A DNA stretch of 64,000 nucleotides from Macrostomum lignano (Eukaryota): assembly GCA_002269645.1 (NCBI GenBank), contig NIVC01000017.1, positions 303,128 to 367,127 of the forward strand, in the 5' to 3' direction. Under the pieces are notes generated by a model. The model made no database searches. It was not told the origin of the DNA and saw only the letters and a list, made by a program, of their open reading frames with translations. Of the stretch, positions 24,651 through 35,173 are shown piece by piece (the stretch's first letter is position 1; the number at the start of each line of letters is the position of its first letter). A program made the position numbers and the translations under genes.

Positions 24651-26365
24651 CTATGTGTCGGGTATGTACTTGCAGCCCATCCTGATGTGCCGCACCGCCG
24701 CCTTGAGGGGACCGGCCTGGTTGAAACGGCGCAGTACCACAGCGTAACTGTACGCCTGCGTGTTGCAGCCACTGAAATGGGGCGGCACAGCGGGCAGTCC
24801 GGCTGTTGAAGAGCTGACTGAGATCTAGGATCGGCTCACTCCCAACTAATCAGGGATCGGCTCACTCCCAACCAATCAGAGATCTGCTCACTCCCAACCA
24901 ATCAGGGATCGGCTCACTCCCAACCAATCAGAAATCTGCTTACTCCTAACCAATCAGGGATCTGCTCACTCCCAACCAATCAGAGATCGGCTTACTCCCA
25001 ACCAATCAGCGATCGGCTCATTCCCAACCAATCAGGGATCGGCTCACTCCCAACCAATCAGAAATCTGCTCACTCCCAACCAATCAGGTATCGGCTCACT
25101 CCCAACCAATCAGAAATCGGCTCACTCCCAACCAATCAGAAATCTGCTCACTCCCAACCAATCAGGGATCGGCTCACTCCCAACCAATCAGAGACCTGCT
25201 CACTCTCAACCAATCAGAGATCGGCTCACTCCCAACCATTCAGAGATCTGCTCACTCCCAACCAATCAGAAATCTGCTCGCTCCCAACCAATCAGGGATC
25301 TGCTCAGTTGCACCCTGTCTAGAAACTGGTTGCGCACTGTCTAGAAACTAGTTGCGCCCTGTCTAGAAACTGGTTGCACACTGTCTAGAAACTGGTTGCA
25401 CACTGTCTAGAAACTGGTTGCACATTGTCTAGAAACTGGTTGCACAGTCTAGAAACTGGTTGCACACTGTCTAGAAACTGGTTGCACACTGTCTAGAAAC
25501 TGGTTGCACACTGTCTAGAAACTGGTTGCACACGGTCTAGAAACTGGTTGCACACTGTCTAGAAACTGGTTGCACACTGTCTAGAAACTGATTGCACTCT
25601 GTCTAGAAACTGGTTGCACACTGTCTAGAAACTGGTTGCACACTGTCTAGAAACTGATTGCACTGTCTAGAAACTAGTTGCACACTGTCTAGAAACTGGT
25701 TGCACACTGTCTAGAAACTGATTGCACTCTGTCTAGAAACTGGTTGCACATTGTCTAGAAACTGGTTGCACACTGTCTAAAAGCTGATTGCACACTGTCT
25801 AGAAACTGGTTGCACACTGTCTAGAAACTGGTTGCACACTGTCTAGAAACTGATTGCACTGTCTAGAAACTAGTTGCACACTGTCTAGAAACTGGTTGCA
25901 CACTGTCTAGAAACTGATTGCACTCTGTCTAGAAACTGGTTGCACACTGTCTAGAAACTGATTGCACACTGACTTTTGGCAGAGTCCACAACCAACTCAC
26001 CTGACGCGATCAATCTGACAAACAAATTCAACAAAGCAGGCTGGCACGTCATTATAGATGCAACTATTCTGTACTAGAACGTCGCACTCCAGACCTTGAG
26101 CGATCGCTTGCTTCTCCAGACTAGAAGTTGACGTGGAATTCAAGCTCAGAGAAAATGAATTCGTAGCTAAAGTGCTTCGCAGTTCCTCGCGTTCGTGACG
26201 CAGCTGTCTCAACAGGCAGCTCAGGTCAGTCTGGTTCATCTTGACCTGCGGCAAATAGCGTTGAATAGAATGACAGGCGCAGGTGTCGCCGTTGCCTAGA
26301 CAGAGTATTGGACACGAGCCGACAAGCAGAGCTAAGAGAATGCAGACGAACTGGTACTGCTGCAT
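24651..26365 (-). CDS. Small secreted protein resembling IL-17/cystine-knot cytokines, 2 exons, ~175 aa
   Basis: Exon 1 26365-26001 (signal peptide MQQYQFVCILLALLVGSCPILCLG; ends CFVEFVCQIDRV ag|gtgagt). Exon 2 24813-24651 after ctcagtcag| is a GC-rich island in AT-rich DNA reading ...GCNTQAYSYAVVLRRFNQAGPLKAAVRHIRMGCKYIPDT*. Total 528 nt, in frame. The family call rests on motif resemblance only. Confidence 0.62.
24828..25305. repeat. Minisatellite, 26-bp unit GATCGGCTCACTCCCAACCAATCAGR, ~18 copies (CCAAT in each)
   Basis: Visible tandem array abutting the exon 2 acceptor of the cytokine-like gene. Confidence 0.95.
25315..25970. repeat. Minisatellite, 22-bp unit CTGTCTAGAAACTGGTTGCACA, ~30 copies
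   Basis: Visible tandem array in the same intron. Confidence 0.96.
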
Positions 26366-26964
26366 GGCCAAGTGGAATCTACGCGCACAAACATTCATAG
26401 AAAAGATGAGACAGCAACCGGTCTGAGAACCCCTGCGACTCAGTTATATACGAAACTTCCGCATCCGTCACACCTATATTTAAGAGTAGATTTATCAGCG
26501 CTTTGGTGCGACTCATTCTCGATTAGATATTGCAGTTATACGCAAATGGTAATGGGGCAAACTTGATTCACTAGTATGCGCTGAACTGCCCCTATGCCTT
26601 ACCTACCTGGCAACTCTACATGTAATTAATTGATAACAACGGCTGATAAGCAACAGCACCAAATAGCAAGTGGTGCCAAATAGCATATGGGTCGCCGCCA
26701 GAAGAGGCCAAAATACTCAATTTAGCTGGCCTAGACTCAAACACAATGGCGCTAATGGTGCAATTTGGACCCCTGGTGCTGATGCCAGTAAGAGGACAGA
26801 CATTTAATTGAAGATTTAATCATTGATAATTAAACATGTCGCTTGAAAGTCTTTCGTGAGACTAGATTTCCCATTATTTTGTGCATATAGTACCACAGGA
26901 AACCAGCAACCAAACAAATTTAATAACTATAGTTCGCCTGTATGAAAAATTATACGAGGGATCA

Positions 26965-27390
26965 CCATGGGACCAAATGAGGGATCAGGATGTGCCCAAA
27001 TGAGGGACCAGGATGTGACCAAATGAGGGATCAGGATGTGACCAAATGAGGGATCAGGATGTGACCAAATGAGGGATCAGGATGTGATTAAATGAGGGAC
27101 CAGGATGTGACCAAATGAGGGATCAGGATGTGACCAAATGAGGGATCAGGATGTGACCAAATGAAGCACCAGGATGTGACCGAATGAGGAACCAGGATGT
27201 GACCAAATGAGGGATCAGGATGTGACCAAATGAAGCACCAGGATGTGACCGAATGAGGAACCAGGATGTGACCAAATGAGGAATCAGGATGTGACAAAGT
27301 AAGGAACCAGGATGTGACCAAATGAGGAATCAGGATGTAACAAAGTAAGGGACCAGGATGTGACCAAATAAGGGATCAGGATGTGACCAC
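26965..27390. repeat. Minisatellite, 23-bp unit AAATGAGGGATCAGGATGTGACC, ~18 copies
   Basis: Visible tandem array. Confidence 0.95.
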
Positions 27391-27904
27391 CGCACCCCAG
27401 AAAAAATACAAAGATGAAAAACACTTAGATTTCACATATAATCGGATTTTATTTTTTCAAAACGTGTTTTACGAGCTACAATGGTAGATGTGTATCTAGG
27501 TATAGGAAAAATACAGAAATTTAATAAGAGACAACTAAAGAGATATAACGAGATAAAGAGGAGCTTATTGAAACTAAAAAATGCATGGTTAGATAAGATT
27601 TTAACTATTTTTAACTTTTTAGTAAGTAAAGACTCGATAAATTTGTGCCTGCCATGTGTAGCATATGACAAAATAGATGTATATGAAGTAAAAATAGTGT
27701 TTAAATTGGAAGAGACTTTGAAATTTTGCACCAACAAACAAATGCAACTTAGTAGCTTGAACTGTGGACTGTTTGGTCATTACAGATTGTAAAGTGAGCT
27801 CAGCAAACGGCAGTGGGATAAATAATAACTGACAGAGAGACAATAACTCATGCTTGTCGCTTGTTCAAATGTAATGCAATTTCGAGACTGTGGATTGGAT
27901 GATT

Positions 27905-28200
27905 ATTAGAGTGAGATTGGATTGGGATTCTTAGGTTAAGATTGGATTGGGGTTATTAGGGTGAGATTGGATTGGGATTCTTAGGTTAAGATTGGATTGG
28001 GGTTATTAGGGTGAGATTCGATGGGGATTCTTAGGAGAATGAGATTGGATTAGGATTCTTAGTGTGAGATTGGATGGGGATTCTTAGGGTGAGATTAGAT
28101 TGGGGTTCTTAGGGTGAGATTAGATTGGGGATTCTTAGGGTGAGATTAGATGAGGGTTCTTAGGGTGAGATTGGATTGGGATTCTTAGGGTAAGATTAGA
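27905..28200. repeat. Degenerate minisatellite, ~25-bp unit GAGATTGGATTGGGGTTCTTAGGGT
   Basis: Visible tandem array. Confidence 0.9.
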
Positions 28201-28312
28201 AGTCGATTCCCAATAGAGAAAGTATGCAATAAATTCCTAATGCTATTCCAAATTCAAGTTTCGAAGGAAATTCCAGTTCTCTTAAAGCCAGCGCCAGGGA
28301 ACAATCAGAGAA

Positions 28313-28984
28313 TCATCGATAGCCACCCAGGCGCTCGGTGACTGACTTGAATCTTTTTTTGCACGGCCACGAATTCCGCTGGATGCCGCCGCCACCGCCG
28401 CTGCTCAGCCGCGAACCTGGGCCGGCAGTCTTGGCAAGACCGCCGCCGCCGCGGCTACTCCGACAACCTCGAGGCCAGTTGGTGCCGCGGGAACTGTGCA
28501 CAGCCGCAGATTCGCCAGCAGGCAGCGGCATCGGCACGGATAAATCCAAGTTGTTCTCGTTGTCAATCAGCAGCATAGGGTGCGGCAGAGGTACGCCAGC
28601 TTGAACTTCTTTAACTTGCTCAACTGGAGCGGCATCGCTTATTAGCATTGGCGGCGGCAGCTGGATTGGCTGAGGCGGCGGCGGCGGCAGGGGCAGAGCT
28701 TCTGCTGAATGATTAGACGAAGCTGATGCTGTTGACATTCGACGCTGGCGCAGCTGCTGCTGCTGCACATCGCGCCGGCAGACGCACAGGTGAGTGTACA
28801 GATCGTTGAAGTTGTCGAACTCGCGGCCAGGGCAGCTGTGACAGGCCATGCGCACACATTGCAGCTGGCGAACCAGGCTAAGGTTAGACCGGTTGAACTC
28901 TAGCACCAGGGACTGGCTGTCTGCCCCAATGTGATAGGCCAGTGTCATTGCTGATGGGGCAGCTGGGGAGGGCTGGCCTGACAT
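28313..28984 (-). CDS. Uncharacterised protein with an atypical zinc-finger-like motif, Gln/Pro-rich region and basic C-terminus (223 aa; may be a terminal exon)
   Basis: GC-rich 672-nt ATG ORF in AT-rich context. Contains CHSCPGREFDNFNDLYTHLCVC, NLDLS and WPCKKRFK. An acceptor-like taagcag| lies 2 nt before the ATG. Confidence 0.55.
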   Translation of the reverse strand: MSGQPSPAAPSAMTLAYHIGADSQSLVLEFNRSNLSLVRQLQCVRMACHSCPGREFDNFNDLYTHLCVCRRDVQQQQLRQRRMSTASASSNHSAEALPLPPPPPQPIQLPPPMLISDAAPVEQVKEVQAGVPLPHPMLLIDNENNLDLSVPMPLPAGESAAVHSSRGTNWPRGCRSSRGGGGLAKTAGPGSRLSSGGGGGIQRNSWPCKKRFKSVTERLGGYR

Positions 28985-31635
28985 GACTGCTTATAGAGCA
29001 TGCAAAATATTTTACTCTTGAAACTTAGAAAGAGAGTAAAGAAAGAAATTGGAATAAATGCAGACCTAAATGCTTTAACAGTCAAATAAATGAAATATTA
29101 GCATACATGCGCAACCTCCAAAATTCGGTCGGCCATGCGACTTAGTTTTAACAAAAATGCGACTTACATGTAAAAAAACCCTAAAGCAAAATTAACGCAA
29201 CTTTAGGTAAACGGCAGGAGTAACTTTGAATGTCCTATTAAGTCAAAATGCCTCGTCAGCTACTTAGTACTACTACTACTTTGGTGCATTTTTTGGTGGG
29301 CATTTTTGCTACTTGGCCGACTGTTGCGCATGTATAACTATTAGCCTTTTATTGTAGCCAACGGCTATTTTCATAGATGGCATTTGCTTATATAATGCAA
29401 ATAGGCTTTGGTAATGGCATATAGTAGAGTCCAAACAAGATCAAATTTTGTTTTCAAGCGAGATCAAGTGAGAATTTTATAAAAAAGATTGAGATCAATA
29501 ATAAGTCAATTGAAAATTGGAAATCCAGCTGAAAAAGTGAATTTGTATAAGAAGAATTGTACTTATAATAAGATATATATAAAATTTAGTTTGTATTATA
29601 AGTAAATAGGTAATAATACAAAAGAAAAGGCTTAAATGTCTATCAAAATAATATATATAAATATATGCAGTAAATATGCAAAAGTAAGCCACTAACTCTA
29701 GCTATGCCACTATATGCTACTATAAAATATATAAATAGGTTAAAGGTTGGTAATAGTTTACTGGGTGAGCCATAGTCAGGATCATAGCATGCCTGTGCTA
29801 GAACAAATCCTATCAAAATAGTTTGATTGCACCATGTGCTAGAGCTTTTTTTGCAAAAAAACACAAAAAACTATATTTTCCCTTTAAAAAATACTAATAA
29901 AATTTATATTTGACTCTGTTTTGTAAAATTACAATGTTAACATATTTTAATTGAAAAAGCTATCAATACACTGGCAAACAAAAAAGTGCTAATTATGCAT
30001 TAGACAATTAATTAGCACTTATTTGTTTTTTATTTTGCACTTCACAATATGTTTATACTTTTAAGATCAAGATTGAGACTTCGGTCGGACTCTAACATAT
30101 AGGAAGTGCATATAGAAAATGTTGCATAGAAAAAAAGATGCAGGGTACATACAAGGTACATGGCACACATCACATGGAAAACATAAGTTATAGATAGAAA
30201 GTAAATATCAAATGTAGCCATATTCTAGATAATGTTAAATATATATTAGAAAACACATCCAAACAATAAAACCTAATTGCATAAAATGCTTGAACTAAGC
30301 CAAATGCATGCTAGAAAATGTTGGCAATTTTGATGTCTTTTGGGGTGTGCTAGTATAGAAAAGAGGCAATTAAATATAGTTTAAACTTTGGTTTAAACCT
30401 TTAGTAACATTTGCTATTCCTTCAGTCATTATTTGCTTTCTAATCTTATGCTATTTTGTTTGTATATATAGTTCTTAAAAAGTAAATATTGCTAAGCCAA
30501 TATTTTATTTTACAAATATTATGTTTACATATTCAATTTGGGTTTAGACAAGAACTAGATAATAGGTATTGATTTCTATGATTTCCAGGATTTAAAAAAG
30601 AGTATCAGGATTTAAAACTCAACAAATAAGCTAAAAAAACAGTGAAATACTTCATCAATCAGGCCTAGTTTTTATAGTTTTACTTTTTAAAAAGCCCAAA
30701 GGTACCAACTTTTAAAAGAAGTATATCTGTGTTTCTGTGATCCCTGAGCGAGCGATATTCAAGATTGATTTTCGGAAATAACAAAAATCTCTGCTTTTAA
30801 AGCACCAAATTCCATGATTTTTTACAGAAAAAACGTCACCACGAGATAGACCAACTTAAAAAAATACGGCTACATTTTGAAAGGATTTTTTACAATTTGC
30901 AAAAAACTGGTGCTTCCTATCTCCACAGTGTATTAAATTGATATTCGATTTCGAGTACTTCTGCTTGCTCTCTGTCGCTGAAAATTGACATGCAGGACTT
31001 CACCCGGAATAGTTCTCGAGCATGAAGCTTTGAGTTCAGTTTGAGTTATGATAATCGATTAGTGTCTGGGTGAAGATAGGTTTTGGCTTTAAAAAGACTT
31101 TCGTACGAAAGCCTTTCTTAGAAAACTCTACTCGTGATAAACCGAATGACCTTTTCTAGGAGGAATTTTTTGGCGTACATTTTTAGGGAAAAGATTTTCA
31201 TTTTTAGTACATAGGATTTTTGTTTTTGGCGTACACTGGCGTACATTTAGATGAGGTAGGATTCTTATTCCGGCGTACACTAACTACACGATCCTCAACC
31301 CTGTCAAATGGGTTTTGTAAATTTACATTAATTTATTTCAAAGTATACCATGTCTAATTAATTTCCTTGTTTAACAATTTGACATTTTAAATTTGATTAT
31401 TTTTAAAAGCTTTGCCTTTTTTAAGGCCTAAAAATAAATATAAGTTAGGTCTATAAGTAATAGTTTTATATCCAATATTAGTAATAATCAAATATATCAA
31501 TAATTATTATATATACATGTCAGTAGCGCAACCAGAAATTTGTTGAGGAGGGGACAGGTTCTAGAAGCAAGAAGGTAAAGACTTGAGGGGCAAAGAGAAG
31601 TAGCTTTGTTTTTGGGAAAATATGCTTGGTCCCCC

Positions 31636-33791
31636 CATAGATAATAAAAACACTAGATGGGTCACTCTCCTATTTCATGAATAAGCTACTTTCAATTGGG
31701 CATCTGTATAGAGTTTTTTGGATATATTTGTGCACCAAGTAGAATTTTGGTATTATATTTAGATTATGATGTAGACAAAAAAGTTTTGACATTTCAGACC
31801 CTCATTTTTCAATCATTGACGTTTATTACCAACAGAAAATGAAAAAAATTTAACAAAAATGTGGGCTTGGTTTAAACTTGTTATAATAGAGGCATGCACA
31901 TTGCACTTATATGTATATATATTTTGATGCACAGGGTCGTATCAACTTATCATGTATACACAGATTGAAAGAAGATTTCACAAAAGTAAATATTATACTC
32001 GTACATATAAAGCATTTGGGCAAGACAAAAGCATTATGAAAACAAAATTTTAATTTATAGTTTAAGCTAGCTACTTACTCGGTAGTTAAAGCAAATGTTC
32101 ATGAACAAATTGAAGTTAACGAATGTGACAAAGAACGAAATACAATTGAATGTTTAATATAAACACAAAGGTTAATTATGTTTACTCATCTTTCTGCTTG
32201 CTGAGCATCGCGCTGTCCTATCCTTCAGTGGCTTGGCCTCACAGCGGCACCAGTGATGCAGTCTGAGACGAGCGAACTTGATGCACAGTTGCTGCCAGAT
32301 GATCTCCGTGTGCATGGAGCACAAGGGGAAGGTCACATTTGCGTGTCGGAAGCATCTTAAAACTGAATGGCTCGTGATTCTGAAGCAATGTAGTCTTTGA
32401 TAATGAGCCAAATAAAGATTCCAACAGCATAAAACTTTCCAGAACTGCTTCCAATGGTGCTGTCAATCCAGTGTGAACGGCACTGTACTGCTTGTTGGCC
32501 AATTGAACTCCAGATGGGATTTGAGCGGTCAGAGTTTCCTTGCAATCCAGGCAATCCAGTACACCACTTTTTGCTAACACATAGCCAGCAACATATTCCA
32601 TGGCTTCGATTGATGTGTCAGGAGAAGCAAACAGCTGCAAACTGCACTGGAGCCTCTCATCTGTGCGTGTCGTCGGCACGGTTTTGGCAAAAGATGCGCT
32701 TGATCCGGCTGGTAAATTTAGCAGTTGAGGTCTGTGCAGTCTTGCAACTTTTTTCTCATCAGCTTCATGGTAACTTCACAAACGCCTTCTTCCTTCCTGA
32801 AAAAAAACGATCTGATGCGCCACTTAATTGATGTCTCTGATGGAAATGGCATCTTCCACTTCCACTGATCTGATGGCATCTTCCACTGATCTCGCAGAAG
32901 TCGGTACGCGGCAGGACTTTTGTGATGCACTTGAATAGCAGAGCAGATGTCTTCGACAGCCCAACGCATGCCACGGTGGCGAGACTTTGTTTGCTTCATA
33001 GAGCTCTGCACTAGACGGTGGAGGGCGCTGCTGCTGCTGCTGCTAAACTTTCCAACCTGCGAGTCTTCGATTTTGCGCCGCAGCTTATCAATCGTCTTCT
33101 CCTGCCAACACAGCTTTCATAGTAGGTTTCCAGCTACTTTGCTGGATGATGAATGCAGTCGTAGAACAGCATCCCACCGTAGCCTTGTACTTCGGTCATG
33201 GCGTAGCCTTGGGCAATTGTATGCCTTGTCTGTAAAATGCAAGCTGCATACCTTCCAATTCATTTTCCACAGCTTCTCGAGTGAAATGGCTCGTAACTCC
33301 AGCATTGATTGCCACTTCAATGCTATGGACTGATTCTTCCGAAACTGGTGCATGCAAATCGGGATGCCATCTTCGTTTACAGAGGTACTAGTGCTGGTAC
33401 AAGTCGCCGCACAGCAATCTTCGCTTGTGTATTTCAACTCTTCGATATTTGCTAGCACTCGGTCTTCATGCGTTCTTCCTCCGGCAGCCATTTAGACTAT
33501 TGTTTTTACTTGCTTAAATGAAAACGAATTTGCGCTCTAGCAAAGGAGAAAAGTCAAAATATATATACTCCTTGCTTTCGCTCTGATATCTAATAGGAAA
33601 GCCATGATGAACCCCTACTAGTAAGCTTGATTTTGATGCTTGAAACTTTTGTCTATGGCTTAAACCATAGCACTGACGTGGGAGAACAAAAATCAATAGT
33701 CTTGCGCGTTCATATGCCCAGAAGAGAGTAGGCTATTCAGACATCGAGCAAATTTGCATTAAGTGACCCATCTAGTGTTTTAGTATCTGTG
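31636..33791 (-). mobile_element. Internally deleted P-element/THAP-family DNA transposon with 30-31-bp TIRs
   Basis: Left TIR CATAGATAATAAAAACACTAGATGGGTCACT (31636-31666); right TIR AGTGACCCATCTAGTGTTTTAGTATCTGTG (33762-33791). Flanks GTCCCCC / TTCCCCC give a 6/7 TSD match. ORF pieces: THAP domain (CCAATC...W...VCSLHF...DAV, 33117-33491), RGMRW...SPAAYRLLR...MPS (32718-33011), and C-terminal MEYVAGYV...CLDC...GLTAP (32239-32679). The DDE core is absent. Confidence 0.85.
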
Positions 33792-34830
33792 TTCCCCCCC
33801 CCCTAGATTTTTTCAAGTCTCCCCTTATAAGGTAAGAGGAGAGACTATTCTCTACCCTTGGTTGTGCATTAATAACTATTAATCAACCTATAGGCCCCTA
33901 GTCAATCTAGCTAACAAAAATTGTAGGCTTGTAGCAAACCATTGAGACCAATAGCAAGGTATAGATAGGTAGACCTAACAAAATTTAAGACTAATTTTAA
34001 CTAAGTTTATTAACAAAAAATATTTATTTTTTATATCTTTTAATAATATAAAGTCAAATATAATTAATTCTATACCTTTTACTAGGCTAGGGCCTAGGCT
34101 TTTACTTTCACTTTTTATAAGATAATAAACTAAAATTAAGGTAGATTAAAACTTATATTAACTTAAATACCATTGCTTAGTTAATTTTAGCTTATTGACA
34201 TTAAAACATTTGCATTTGTTAGTTATAAAAACTTCAAGCGTAAATTCTAGAATCAAACCATGTCTAACCATTGAAACAGTGATATACTTCATGGTTCTAT
34301 AAGATGTGATAATGAAGCCATTAATTTACTTAATGGCAGTAGAAAGACCAAATTAGTATATAGAATTGCTTATATTATTTATTTATTGCTTAAAGATTCT
34401 TAAAGTCTATAATATTCATTTTTAACTTTAATGTTATAGTCTTAGGCCTAATAAAATTGATTTTGGTTTCTTTGTATTAAAACCAATGATCTAATTAATG
34501 TGTTGCAATTATATTATAGTGAACACTTAGTTAATGCCAAGCCTACCTATTTAAAGATATTATTTGGTATGAATATATGATTGGAATTTCTAGACTTTTG
34601 TTAGACCCTAGGATTTTGAATTAGGGTTTTATCTTACCTCTACTTATTGGTATTACAGTGATTTTAATAAATTCAAGGCATTAATAGGTCTTAATAATAA
34701 CACTTTCTATAGCCTAGCCTTGTCTCTAAGTCTTCTAAGGCAGCTAACTATTATTGGGTCTTTAATGTTATTGAATGATCCTATCACAGTATACTAAATC
34801 CAAATATACTAAATCTATAAGGTTTGTATG

Positions 34831-35026
<196 letters not shown>

Positions 35027-35173
35027 AGATGCAAAATTGTCTTGAAAGAAGACAGTTAAAATTTCTTTAATCTGCTTCAATGCTAAAGGAAATAAATATT
35101 CAAAAAACATGCTTTTAAATTGCTATAAATAGACTGAATATCGAGACACAAGGTGTCACATTAAATATTTTAA

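Noticed and set aside
27432-27843. Overlapping ~100-aa AT-rich ORFs
   Set aside because: Low-complexity Lys/Ile/Leu composition with no motif; consistent with chance ORFs or an unrecognisable repeat remnant.
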